From Blasia pusilla (Eukaryota): a DNA stretch of 64,000 bases. The notes under the pieces were generated by a model. That model was not told the DNA's origin, searched no databases, and saw only the letters and a program-made list of their open reading frames with translations. Both the position numbers and the translations under genes were made by a program. Where the stretch lies: positions 33,604,001 through 33,668,000 of the forward strand of contig CM114271.1 in NCBI GenBank assembly GCA_050084515.1. The letters are read 5' to 3'. Below, one piece after another: positions 15,124-28,600 of the stretch (positions within the stretch are counted from its first letter, which is position 1; every line of letters starts with the position of its first letter).

Positions 15124-15229
15124 GAAGAAAAAAAAGATGTTGTGTTTAATATGATTACGTTCACTCCGATGCATGGGAAGAAAAAAAAGATGTTGTGTCT
15201 AGTATGATTACGTTCACTCCGATGCATGG
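15124..15229. repeat. Tandem duplication of a 53-bp unit upstream of MMT
   Basis: gaagaaaaaaaagatgttgtgt(t/c)ta(a/g)tatgattacgttcactccgatgcatgg occurs twice, head to tail. Confidence 0.85.
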
Positions 15230-17460
15230 CATGGGCTGCCCACTATTTACCATTTACTAGCAATTTAAGAAAGGGAAGGGAGGAGCAACAAAAAGGATTC
15301 AATATATGCCATCAGTCCGACCAGCCGTCAAGTATGACGAGGAAGCAAATTATGAGATTGACTTCGAAATAGTAATTTGCAAAATCTGAGGTTGATAATG
15401 GTACACTTCCACTAATTAAAAACTTATTATTTACATATTAATAAGACTTTTTAATCTTGTGTCTATTGGAAAATATTTTTTTATCGTGACCCGGTTCAAT
15501 GTAGAAAAAAATTTCCAGGGAGTTGTTGAAAGAGGGACTTGGCCGAGCACAAATACATAGCTAGAATACATTAAAATTTGAGCACATGTCCTAAATTGAT
15601 GTTAAGAAAATTAGAAAGAGATGGTTTTATTGAAGTCGTCTTCTTGAATTTGGACCAAAAAGCTCCAAAGTCAAATTAAAATGCAACTACTTCTAAACAT
15701 ATGATCTTCTAATACGAGAGTGGATGCATGGTAAGCAAGGAATGATTTCACATAAGGAATCTTCTCATACCATCCTTCTTGAGCCTCATAGTCCTCACCA
15801 ACAACTTAATGCATGACGAACAACAATATGTCATCCAATGTGCAAGAAAATGGTGATCTATAGCTTTGGTGACATGTAAACTAGCGTGCCACAATAACCT
15901 TCTAAAATGAGTATTACAAAGATCCCTAACTTTCCAAGGCTTTTCTCTTCACTTTGTGACTAGTTTCTTTCCATATTGGAGCTAAGTCTCAAGGTTTTTT
16001 TGGATTGGATTTTTTTTTTATGTTGAAAGACATGTAGATGAAAAAATTATTTTGGCAATAACACGTCTACTCATGATCCATAAAAGAGTCAAAGAAAATC
16101 AAAGGTATGCACAATTTTTTTTCAAGTGACCACTAAGGCCCTCACAGGCCCAAGTGGTAATTTATTAAACGACCTCTCTAATATTTCAATAATCATTGAA
16201 GCTTGTATATTTCCCCTTTCTTCTAGGAGGTTATCATAAACTTATGTAATTATGAGCTTTATCATCATCCTTTGTAAATCTATTAATATTTCCTACATAC
16301 TCAAACATATGATATCTTTTGAAAATGTCCTCAAACTTCTTGAAGCTATTTATTTATTTTCTCTTCAAGGAAAAGATATTTAAAAAATGACTCAATTATT
16401 AAGAGAAAATTATTGATACTATTGTCTAAATTAAGAGAAAAACTGATATAGTTTGAAAATTTCCATGAGATATTATGAAATTTTAACATAGTATGCATAT
16501 AGATAAATATAATCTCCTCCTCCGAAATATCTTGAGATCAATAGGTTTCCAGATTCCCCCATAAGGGTAATCTACATTTTAGAAAACTTCGTGTTGTTAA
16601 ATTGAAGTTTAAAGGAACTGTGAATCAATGATTGAATAGATTTTTACTTCTTCATATCATCAATAAAAATATTTTTTATGAGGTATTGGACATAATCTAT
16701 TTTTAAAACATGCTTGAAAATTATTCTAAATAATTTTAGATTATTCAACTAATAAGGCAATGATAACCATGTTAAATGATGTATGAGATGAACGATGGCT
16801 TTTCAATTTGTATTTCATCCCTACCATCTATACCAACTCGTGAAATCCATAAGAAGAAGCCAACTTCAAGTATTTATTTCTTGCATAGGGAGCTTGGACG
16901 CAAACAACCTAGTTCCTGGAGTGTTCAAAAGGATGCTAGCGAGGGGACTCAAACCTAGGCCATTGCACCCGTATTCCATGACCCATAGCTCTTGCTTAGC
17001 ACTCGTTTCTGGTTTTATGCAGGGGGCTTTTGCATTTCTTTATTTAAATATTTGTTATCACCTTCCCGTCCAAGCTGCCTCTTCTCAAAATAAACGTATG
17101 CATTCAATATATTATGCATTTCGACATACTACATGGACACAATAGTCACACATGGATGGATTTAAGACAAATTATTTGAAGAGTTAAAAATTATTAAGTA
17201 TATAAATATTCACATATCTATCTCCTTTTAGTAGCCCTAAGATCCTAGGCATTTCATAACTACCATGAAGAAAAGCTATGCTTATTCCCAAATTCTACGG
17301 AACAATACTTAAGTTAAACTATTAGCAATGTTAAGTCTGCAGAGATGTAGTATGTTGAGTATGACATGTTTTTTTCTTCGATCATATGTATTTTTTCTAA
17401 CGTTGAAATACATTTTTTTTATCTTTGAATTTATTTTCCATGGATCACATATTTAATTCA

Positions 17461-17652
17461 TCTATATTATTATGGGAAAGTACCTTATGCAAACACCTCT
17501 ACATTTGACACGTGACAATTGACAACAAAAAACATTTCATATAATACGAAAAAAAATAATTTTGAATTTGTATATATAATATCATTAATCATTTCCATTC
17601 ACTACCTATATTTTTAAAAAACTTTTTTATTTCGCCTTACTCACCTTACTAG
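17461..17652 (+). mobile_element. Non-autonomous Helitron, same family as 33490-33711
   Basis: A|TCTATATTATTAT...CACCTTACTAG|T termini inserted at an AT dinucleotide. The body is similar to 33490-33711; the subterminal hairpin has decayed. Confidence 0.65.
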
Positions 17653-19692
17653 TAGTAATTGATTGACAAGTTAATTGGCATGAAAAAGTGAACTACTAAA
17701 AGTGCAGAAATGGGTATGATGAGTGTTATATTACTTGGATTACACATATAATTCAAACTTATTTATTATGCCGTTCCACAATCCCTTCCGCAGTGTGGAA
17801 AGACTATGTAGACACGTGCAAAAGCAAGATCCAATTTGTCATGCTTTCCTCATGGAGGACAAAAGCTTGTCGTATGTCATGAATAGCAAAACAAATAGTT
17901 CCTGAATATAACCGGAAGCAAGAGATGACAATGCCAAGGTGAGCTTATCGTCCGTCAGGAAGGGAGAAGAAAAAAAAGGTGGACAAAATGCGCGTGGTGG
18001 AGGATCACACACCCTCTTTGTATGCCCGGTGAGTCAAGGGTGGTTGTTTGCGTTGCGCCTCGGCGAGACTAATTCACAGCGTTTCTCCAACCTCCGCTAT
18101 GTGGATGTATGCAAAGGCACCGACCGATTCTCAACATTATTCTCAACCGTCGTTCTCTGTGGCTGCTGACTCTTATCGCTGATTCCCTGGCAGACGCGCG
18201 AACAAGTAACGATGCAATGTTTGAATGCGGATATGCGGAGATGATACCTGGGAGTAATTTCACCGATGAGCACCTTGGCTGTGCTGAGCGAGGCGATCAC
18301 CCGATGCAGGTTTGCGTTTTGGTAGAGGCTTCGGAAGATCGCGAGCCTCCGCTTTCCTCAACCTCTGTTCCCGGAGGCTCTATTTCACTTCTGTCGTTCG
18401 CTACGGCGTTTTCGTTTCACTGATTCCTTGGCAGGCGCGCATGCGCATCGTATTCAATCAATCCGCTTCCACGAGCGATGCAGTCAGTGTTCAGGGTACC
18501 TGGACGCGACGACTTCACTAACGAGTAACTCCGCTGCTCTGGGCCGAGCAATCACCATATGCGCGTTTCGGTTTTGGTAGGCTTCGGACGACCTCTGTTT
18601 CTGTTTCAGGCTTTTTTTCCACTTGGTTCGGGGACTTCTATTTCACGACTGTCGTTCTCTATGTTGTACTCCTCGTACGTCTCGTTCATACTGACTCTAC
18701 TTCGGGAGGCGCGCACACAGATTGCAATCAATCCGCTTCAACCAACGATGCGGTGTTTACGGGCGGATTCGTAGAAAGTAAGCTTACTAAGGTTTTGGTG
18801 GTATTCGGGAAACGGATAGCCTCTGCTTTTGACGACCTCTTTTCCCGGCAAGTCTCGGAGCTATCTACTACCGCGTCTTGAAGGTGATGCGATAGTTTAT
18901 TCCCAAGGCATACGAGGTACAGGAGGGCGTCTCAGTCGTCCTCCCTCCTGGTTGGGTTCCCTCGGGGAAAAATGGTACCCTTATGGGCCTAAGGGCTAAA
19001 TCCCTAATGGAATGACCTTATTGGCTAAACCCCAAATGTGAGTGAGGTACCCCGTGTTTTTGTCTATTTCCCCCTTTTTCTTAGGGTTTTCTACCCCTCT
19101 ATAGCCTCACTCCCTATGTGTAGTGATGATCTTAGTTAATGCCAAGACATCATTACAAAATTACTGGCTATAAACCCTAAAATTGCATGAAATAACTAAA
19201 CTCAAGTCCTAATGGAGGGGAATGTAACATGGTGATATTTGAATTCGAGCCTAACAACCTTTGATGACTAATGTATGCATAAAATGTTTACATATCGTAT
19301 ACAGATATGATTTGTAAACATTTTGTGCATACAAAAATCAAGAAGGATGTCTAGATAAAGGGGATTAAAGATTATTTCAAATTGGGAGTAAATGATTGGT
19401 GGTTATTTGTGCATTAGCCCAAAAGGACAGGTGGCACATAGTGGACAGTTCAAGGTATTAAATAATAGTATAGATGTGGTTATTTTAATTTTTAAAAAAT
19501 CTAATCCTCCAATCATATAGTTTATCAAGCTTAGGTAAATTATTTTGTAGTAAGTTTAAGAGGTAGTTTATATCTCTTAATGATTTTAAGTTCGCGTGTT
19601 ATAAGGGTTCTAGTGCCCTCACTTGATTTTTAAGCGTAGATTAAACTCATCTTAAGAGGAGGGAGAGCAAATGTGCGAGTATCCTAAGAAAG

Positions 19693-20252
19693 TGTTACGT
19701 TCTTTATGATGGATCGATGAGTATCTGTAGGGTGCTTTTGAGAAGATTGGAGGATAGTCTTAAGAGGTCCTGTATGACCTGTTGAGGCCTCGCGTAACTT
19801 GAGAAAGTTTTCCTCTTTGCTTTGGCTAATTTCGGGTAAGTTTCTACTAGGAGTATTATTGACTTTCCGCTTCATGAAGTAGCCCTTGATCTCCTACAAT
19901 AGGTCAATAACCAAGGAGGCAAGTTACGAGCACATATTATTGTGGAGAGAGCTTGGAAGAAGGAAGGGGATATATACAAAGAGTAAGACCTGTGGAGTTC
20001 ATTTTGTTTTTGTTAAACCTCTTGACATGAGGTGGCTTAATTTTGCTCCTCCTTGCCTTGTGAGTAACCCAAGCCTTAGGAGAATGGGTTTGATTTGACA
20101 TGATGGAGTTTGTGTGAGATCTTTTGATTGAACTTGATTTATTAGAGATATTTTGATATACAATCATCTCGGTATTCATATGCTATGAGTGAATATGATA
20201 TCTTGTGTATTTGTGTTTATAATTAGTAACAACAATGTGTATGCACGTGACA
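19693..20252 (+). mobile_element. Solo LTR, 560 bp
   Basis: Termini TGTTACGT...ACGTGACA (7/8 inverted) with a 4-bp direct repeat AAAG at 19689-19692 and 20253-20256; internal TATA-like gatatatac. Confidence 0.65.
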
Positions 20253-20759
20253 AAAGAGAGACATGAAGATTATTGTATAGATACAATTTTCAAGTGTGTC
20301 AATTTTTTGTTAGGTTAGGCACGATGATGTAGGATATGATTTTCCTTGACGTAAATAAGTTCATGTTAAAATTTGCTAGAGGCCAAAAGGTTTTCCCTAT
20401 AGAACTCATGGCCAAAAAACTCCCCTTATAACACATGCTCAACTTGACTTGAAGTAACCTAATGTGCTTAGCAACGAGGTATTGATTGGGCAGTGGATTC
20501 ATTATTCACTCCAACAACTATGCTTCAATTAACATGGCTTGGAGATCTAACATTTCAACATGAAATTTTTAGAAGAGATATAAGATTTTAGCTCCACATC
20601 AAGAAGTGCGTGTTAATTATTACATCATAGTTGATCGGAAAATAGAGCTCTATCCTATTGATGATGTGGATGGTCATCAGGTATGTTCATACAAAACTTT
20701 TTTTTTAGTGGTTAGATGAGATGGGTTACAATTCCATCATGTTAGGATTGATGTTTGCG

Positions 20760-20940
20760 AAATCTCTCCTTTCTATTTTCGATCAAGTGACCCGTTGGTC
20801 TAACCAACAATCATCTAGTAATTTGGATGTGAAGATCGCTGATTTCAATTATCTTTGGGGGAAATCTCTTTTGGCTCTTCCCAAGAATATAAGAGGCGAG
20901 GAGATGGCTTTCAAAAGCTATCTTTCTCATGTTGAGCCCA
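20760..20940 (+). mobile_element. LTR fragment related to the solo LTR at 48871-49464
   Basis: Shares tttgggggaa...cccaag..tataagag...gat(g/a)gctt....aagc(t/c)atctttctcatgttgagcc with about 49075-49165. Confidence 0.6.
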
Positions 20941-20974
20941 AAAAAAACTCTTCCTTTTAGGGTTTTATATAAGC

Positions 20975-21430
20975 GTAACGGCATGTTGGAAAGCTTATCT
21001 TGAGACGCTTCCAATGCACCAAATATCTCAGCAAACACATAAGTACAGACTAAGATATTGGTCGAAAACGATAGTGAGAGCAATAAGGTTAAGGGCCAAT
21101 TGGAGAGGCTCGGGTGTCTTTCCCTAAATGTAGGGAACCTCGGAGATCCCTAGAAGTACTAGTAAGGGAGGAGTCTCTCCAAGATGTCTTGGAACACAAA
21201 TCCCCACTTTGAGCACCAAACGGCGTCTTAGAGGTATGGGATGAAACGGAAGTTTGGCGTTGGAACTCAGAATCCAAACGTGATCCAAGGCTGTGGACTT
21301 TGTACCCCACACTTGGATTCCGACCCGAGATTCATTTTGTGCGAGTCTCGGTTAGGGACTCATTGGATGTCCATCGGACAGTTGGAACCGCCCGGCACAA
21401 AATGCCGTTTGAGGTTCTTGAACCGAGTTA
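20975..21430 (+). mobile_element. Internal fragment of the LTR family seen at 23814-24364 and 54604-55606
   Basis: Aligns by eye with the reverse complement of about 54850-55290 (atctcagcaaacacat, aagtactagtaaggg, ccccacttt, gtctcggtt); no termini found. Confidence 0.7.
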
Positions 21431-23813
21431 GAGTATAAATTTCCTATGGTGGAGGGTAGATGTAATTTGATGATGAAATGTAGATTCAAGAGTGAAGTCG
21501 GCAATGTGAACCCTTTTTTATTTTGATTTTACAAGAAAAAGATTCAAGAGGGGTAGTGAAAACTTATTATGTACAGATGGACAATCAAGTTGCCTTATTG
21601 AAGTGGGATTGGAAATGTTTGAAACGTTATATAATTTCCCCTCGAAAGGCTTTGCACGAAAGTATTGCGCATTTTTATACAGTTTTATATTGATTCCGGA
21701 CTACCATAACTAGTAGTACAGTTCTTGGATGTAGTGTGTAGGTAGTAGCATTGAATGGTGAGTGTGAACAAGGAAGTGGTGGAAACTTGGAGAAGGAGAG
21801 AAGGATAGAAAAAAAAATCTAGGGCTAAACCCTAGTTGCCAATGTGGGGTTGGGGTGAGGGTTGTCATTTAGTAAAGCCCAAGATGAATGTGGAGCTGTC
21901 ACGTGGTTATACGAGATTCTAGAGGAAAAATAATCTTTTATGACTAAAATTTGCAACTCATCTTAATCATATATCATAATCATGCATGGGAGTAATTAGT
22001 GAAAAGTTGAGTTAAAAAAGTGAAGTCATAGATTTGGAATGACTAGGCCATTACAAAGGTTTGATGACAAGGATCTATTTAATGACTTGATAATTGAGTC
22101 TTGATAGTCGTATGAAGATGATCCCATGGATAGTCCATTCTTTGCCATTGCATATTTTTGCATCCTTCAAGTATTAGCCCAAATATTTCCATCTTGTCTC
22201 TTCCCTTCTATTGTTGCTTATATCCTTTTTTTGGAGCAACTCTGGATCTTAAATCTTAAAGTCCAATCTAGCAAATATCGGGTATCGTCTACTTCATGCC
22301 TTCCCTCAACATTCATCTTACCTAATCTTGACTTTACAATATGCATCGAAGAGGTTTAAGCTTTTGGGGTATCAATTGGCTTCATTGACTATATCTCCAA
22401 GTTCTTAGATTAGACACTTTTAATTAATGTAGAATGGTTTCATTTTTTTACCTCATTTAAGGGATCCTCAAGCAACTTATGGGATTCTTTCCCAATATTT
22501 TCCACAACATCCTTTCTACTTCTTCGCACTTATCTTCCACAAGAAGTTGATCATTTTCGATGAACTTCTTGGTTTGAATACATTTGAGGGAGATGATAAA
22601 CTTTTCAGGGTGCACTATCAACTTTTTTAGGGAGTTGGGCTTAATTTGCTCTAATTATGATTTCAAGGGTTCACCAAGGAAATACACGTAATATCTTCAT
22701 GGATCATATGGGACATGTAGAGGAGGATCTATTATTCCAATAACAATTGAGGTTTTCTTGGACTCTTCTTTCCCATGCTACACAAGCAATTCTAACCTCT
22801 TTCAATTATTTGATTAAAGAAGGCTTTGATAAACTTCAAGAACTTCTCTTGGAGAATTTGCACTAAATCAAAATTTCCAACATTCTCTCCGAGGTATCCT
22901 TTGACACTTGTCGACCTCATCTGCATTCAGGTGCTGGTATAGGTCCATAGGAGTGAGGGCATAGCTTGCTACAAATGTTCTTATTCTTCTATTTTATCTT
23001 CCTCGAGCATATTCTCAAAAACTCTATGGTTTTGCCTTGGACTTCTTCAACCTTTTTTAGGTGTGCCAAATTTTAAACGCACGGAGCCCATTGATGAAAA
23101 GGGTATGCATATTATTTGATGTGCACATGGTGAAGAACGAATAACTATCCTTAATTTGATTAGAGAGGAGGTAACATCTATGGCTCATACTACAATGTAT
23201 ACAATCAGGCAAGATCAACTACATATCCTACCTTCTACTATGTAAGGCAACCTCTCGTCGAATAGTTGATCTTGTTATGTCTAAAGGTGGAATTTATCTA
23301 TTAGGTGAATCATATGGTAGTTGCAGATCTATCATGTTCTATCTCGGTATGTTCGGATGCACATATTATGTAACTAGCTTAGAGCAAGCATGTACAACTC
23401 TTCATTGGCATATGCATAACACGAGCGTGCACTAGTGTGATTACAATCAAGAGAAGAGGTACTTTGAATTATTGAATTGGTCAGCATAGAGTAGGGGTTG
23501 TCAAAGATCACCCTTTCCAATGAATCTTAGTCACATGCAACTCTCTAATTCACACTTTTCCGGTTAGAAAAAGGTTAGCTCCCCTCCTCCCTATTTTGGT
23601 GCTTCTGAGGAAGTCGTGAACTGCCTGTCCCCTTGAACTCCCAATTTCTTCCACTCATAGGGAGCAATTTGTTCTTCTTGACTCAAGTCTATCAACATAA
23701 GTACAAAATTTCTGCCCTCTCCTCTTCTAAAAGTAAATCACATGACCATCCAAGTTTAACCCCTCCACCCACCACTATGAGTAGGTCCCCATGGAGCAAT
23801 TCCATGGTCATGG

Positions 23814-24364
23814 TGTCGCGATCATCATAACCAAACAACACCAAATAGGCGTCAAACGGAACATCAGAACTCAAGTGGCCTCACGCTATCATGATCGCGT
23901 ATTGGAAAGGCTTTTGGAAGCTCTCTTAGAAAGTTCCAAGAGATGAAATGCGGAACTAAGTTGTACATTTCATGTGCTAGTGGTTGCGACCCTAAAACCT
24001 AGACAAAACGCGAGCCAAGATTTGAGATGAGTTGAGTCTTGGAAGGTTGCCAAAGAGGTGAGAACCAATTTTAGAACACGACTAACGTTTGGGAAATTGG
24101 AGCGTGTTTTGGACCATAACGTTTAGCTAGAAAGTGTGTCCCAAATCTTTCGAGACTTGCTTGCGTTGTAAATTGTGAAACTAGGAAGGTTAAGATTGAT
24201 GAGCGTCCGAGACGAAAACTCGAAAAGTTAGCTCCTTGATTGATCAAAGACCCGACTAACCAAAATGCGTGTTTGAATGCAGATCAACGTTGAAAGCGTG
24301 ACCTACTGAACGCACGCTTCCGCAACAACAAAGATTAACGTTCGAAGAGAGTAAATGCACGACA
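23814..24364 (+). mobile_element. Solo LTR, 551 bp, with 5-bp TSD
   Basis: Termini TGTCGCG...CACGACA with a perfect TSD CATGG at 23809-23813 and 24365-24369. Both ends are homologous to the reverse complement of 54604-55606. Strand indicates relative orientation only. Confidence 0.88.
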
Positions 24365-25649
24365 CATGGGATCCTTCAAATATACCATCTTCGATTATAA
24401 TTTCACTGACTCTAGATGGGTCTTGAAAGGGTCCTTCCTGAAAGTTACAACGTAGAAGTGTCAGAGACAACCCTTGGGAAATAGACAGACTACATTAGGT
24501 TGTTTATTTAAACCCTATCGCAACCAAACGGGGGATACCGATAGAAGTAATGGATGAAATTACATGACCACCAGGCCTTGGACCAATTGGACCTTCCGCG
24601 GCGGACTCTATGGGGACGGGCTCTATGTGGATCATGAGCGAGACAAGATAGGAAAATCTTTGACACCCACTAGAATATATAAAAAACCACTTCCATTCAT
24701 GGAGGTTCTTCCCTGGCAAGTTCCAATTGCAAAGGGAGTTTCCATGGTGCTCCACACCACCAAGCCCAGCCCAAGATTCTGGTGATGCCATGAAACCACT
24801 GGATCCGCTCACAAGCACAGGAGTCTTGGGGTAATGTGAATCCACGAGATCCGCGTGCTTGCCAGGATCGATTGGGCTATGGGGTTGCCCGGGTCGCCGT
24901 CCGGTTGGCGCGTCTCTAGGATCGATGAGAGTGAAGTTGAATCCGCGATTTTCGAACCAAAACTCGCGAATTTTGGACACGGGTTTCTAAATGCGACGCT
25001 AGCCAGGGCTGTAATGGTGATGCTCCAGTCTGCGGATCACGCACAGTGATGCTCCAGTTTGCTGGTCACGCACAGACAGGACTTGCAGACGTTTCGAGGG
25101 CATTTTGATTGCGGTGTGTCGACGGCCATGAGGAACGCCGGATGCCCCTCTGAAAGATAAGGAACTGTAGATCGCTGGTTCCAGCGCTTGCCTTCCACGT
25201 ACCGTTATAGATCGACTCGACTGATCGGCTGCAATGATGGCGATCTCGAGCACATTCTCCGACACTTTCGAGCTGCGCCGGGAAACGATGAGAATGCCAA
25301 GAAGCTGTGCGCAGAGTTGTAAAGGACTGCGATATCCCGTGTCGGAGGTACAATTTTCTTGATTTGCGGGTCTTCTCGAGACTCCATACTACAGTTCTAC
25401 ATGAAACAGTTGGGTGCAAAGTGAAATACGGGAAGCTTTTCCTTCCGATATCCCCGACGGACGTACCTCCGAACCCACGCACATCAATTCTACCTACGGC
25501 GAGACCACCAAGGGCTCGGAGATCCACCGCTTGCTTGAAGTGGAGCTTTAAAGAGGTGGAACTAAAATCGAAATCCTGGTAAGATATACTATACACTATA
25601 ATGCTACACTCTTTCCGTAGAAAAATTGGATTTAAAAAGACGCTCTGAG

Positions 25650-28600
25650 CTAGGTGTCTACGCTTTCCTTCAAGGATGAAGAAACCCACCACCTCTTCTT
25701 GCAGATGAGCAAGCCGTCCGAATCTTCGCGACCTTTGTCTGTCGTATGTTGGGTACATTTCCATCTCATCGCCTTCCCCAAAACATTGGCATTGTCCAAA
25801 AATTGTGTTGTATCCCGGATGATCACATGGCCATTGGGCCGTAAGATCCGGTCCATTTCTAGCATGACTTCTTTCATTTCACATCTGCAGCGCGAGGAAA
25901 ATGAGAAAAACGCAGTGTTGTAAATCTCTCAAGCTACGAGAAGTTTCAAAGATTGCAGCTATATTTCACTTCGCACATTTTGCAGAGACTTCATTCCATT
26001 CTTTCGCACATCGAATGCTTCAGTTTCCATCTACTACATACCTTTGGCTTTCAGCTGTGAAGAGGCCAGCCACATGAAGCAAGTCATATGTTCTTGGATA
26101 GGTCGAAAACGCTTCGCACCTGCGAAATAGGCGATCCAATTCCAGAAGGAGAACTCCAGTTATGCTCCAGAATCGCAATGTCTTCCGAAATTGGATCTAT
26201 ACGACGAGTCAAGAACGCAGACAATAGATTGGACAGCCCCCATGGTCCGGAGAATGCTTGACATTCGTGTTGGACATGACGAATCTTTTGACATCAAGGA
26301 CTGTCTCCCTCCCACAAATTCTCCTCAAGAATGCGTAAGGCTTACCAGTCAGTGACGGTTCCGATCAAGCCCCGATCAAAGATCACTCCTAGAGAGTTCG
26401 TTGCGTACGAAGAGACAACGTTCATCACCCAGACGGGGTCGTCGATCAGTGCCACAGCGAAACTTCCGTAACGAGTGTTCATGTCCATAACGTTTCGGAT
26501 TTTCTCACCGCCGAGTTCCGGGACAAGTATTTTGTAGTGTCTCACACGCTCCTTCCATATTCTCGTGTCTTGATTGAAACCACCAGTGTTGCCTCCCGCA
26601 GTCCATTGCAATCGCTCCGGCGGTAGCGTCAGTCTTTCTGGCCATTTTGGTATCGTGTCCACTGACATCTTCTTGGCCTCCTGGTGTTGAGGAACTATGC
26701 AAGGTCGCATAGGCACATACCTGCACAACGCCTTGGCGCTCTTTTCAGAAAACGTCTCTTTCAAGAGTTGATGCAGTCGGAAGGCGATGGTTGAATTCAT
26801 TGGAGACATTTGCAATTCTCGTGAACGCTGAATTTGTGTGGACTTCTCAGCAGTTCTACGCTCGGGAGTTGTTGCAACTCGTACCGTAAACTAGGGAAAA
26901 GTAGACAACTGGCGTGAAACTTCAACATGAATTGTAAGGAGGACATGTAAGGAGGTTTTCAGGTTAATGAGTTCGGCAATGTGTGTTCGCAAGGAGCCTT
27001 ACCAGGCGGCATCTTCCTCAATGGCGTCATCGCATATTGGTGGATACGTTCCCTCTTCCCTCTGCTCATAGCATGTGTTGTCCAGAGGTTTCTGCCAAAC
27101 TGCAAGATCATCCTTGGCAGCATAGAACTTGTAGCACATGCGATTCAGCAAGTCCTTAATAGCATCGTAGTTGGCCTTCTGTTTCTCCTCCGTGGACTCC
27201 CATCCCTTCCAGTGGACCTCATAATTCACGGGAGGTCCCGAAAGCACCCAAAAACCACCGGGGCGCAGAATACGATCAACTTCAAGCAGGTACACTCCAC
27301 CTGAGAGGACGGGAAGCATGTAGCTGGCAAGTCAGAATCGACCAGAAATATGTTGCAACTTGACCACAGTTCCTGTGAATGACGGATGCCAATTTCACAA
27401 ATGTTGAAGACCACTGCGACTGATCTGCACGAGATCCTAAAGGTCCAATTACAAACTTCAATCCTCAGTATGTCGTCGCTCCGGGACACTACGGGAGCCT
27501 TCTCTCCTGTAAACCTCTTGAAGCTTCACCAACTGTTAGTGAGAGGAACAAGGTCCATAGATTGGAAACAGAAGGGGAACTTGAGATTCTCTGCACTGCA
27601 CTTACCAAACTCTGTCCAAGGAATCAGGCAACGGGAGCAATGCGCTATGTCAAACGCACTAGCAGGGTAAGGCATACGTTGCGTGGCAATTATCCCGAGC
27701 ATGGCTGGAATTCCACGTTCCAAGGCGAATTGCACCTGCGCTTCATGGTTGTCGCGCGGTGCAATGGACATTGTGATAATACCGCGGTCCAAAAGCTCAC
27801 CACCCCAACTAGCCACCTGCAAACATATCCAGAGGAAGAAGGTCAACATGGCTTTCTTAGAAACGTGATGTTTTGCTATTATTGCACGCTGAAGTGCCAA
27901 AAATCTGAACTGACGAAGATAACATCCCTCAGGAACCGGCAAGGATATTTCCTGCTGAAAGATCCGGATATGTGAACATTGACGCTGTGACTTTCACCCG
28001 GATTGTGCTCAGGTAGACGTACTAACGCTTCGTGACGTTTATAGCACATTCCCATCCACCGTAGGAAATTGCTATCCACATATGAGAGTCTTGGAGGTTT
28101 GGAGATCGCCACTTGGTAGTTGAGAGTGAACATCCCTCTACATCTGAAAAATTGCTTCGAATACTCTCCCTGAGCATTTTATGAACCACGAAGAAGGAAA
28201 AGAAAGAGAAAAGAACGTCTTCTGAAGGTTGTGGAAGGCGACGAAAATCCTCTCAACTCACCCCGCATCCAGTATCGATAGCAGTTCTAATGCTACCTTC
28301 CCTCAATCCTGGTATTAGGTCCTCCATTTTGTCGATATACTCGCCAACACCGTTGGGAAACATGGTTCCTCCTCCGGGAAAGATGAACTTGTCTCCCTTT
28401 TTTTTCAACCAGTTTTGATTTGCCTTTTCATTGTTGATCCAATCGTAAGGGACATTTCTGCAATGGTAAGCCACAATCGAATTTCAGCAACAATCCTGAG
28501 AAAACGAATTGAGAATCTGTTGCACTGGAAGAAGAATCGCCTACCACCTGATGTATCTCAGGTCCAGTCGACGGATCAATCGCTCCAGACAAGATCAAGC

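Noticed and set aside
16930-17005. tRNA or tRNA-derived SINE (B-box-like ggtttgagtccc on the minus strand)
   Set aside because: No convincing A-box, cloverleaf, tail or TSD.
21900-23800. Possible decayed transposase or Helitron coding remnants, also at 33800-34400
   Set aside because: The composition suggests old TE debris, but I could not recover a diagnostic protein motif by eye.
24504-25764. Minus-strand ORFs of 232, 88 and 158 aa downstream of PMT
   Set aside because: No recognisable motifs, and one overlaps the PMT last exon in another frame. Probably 3' UTR or intergenic chance ORFs.
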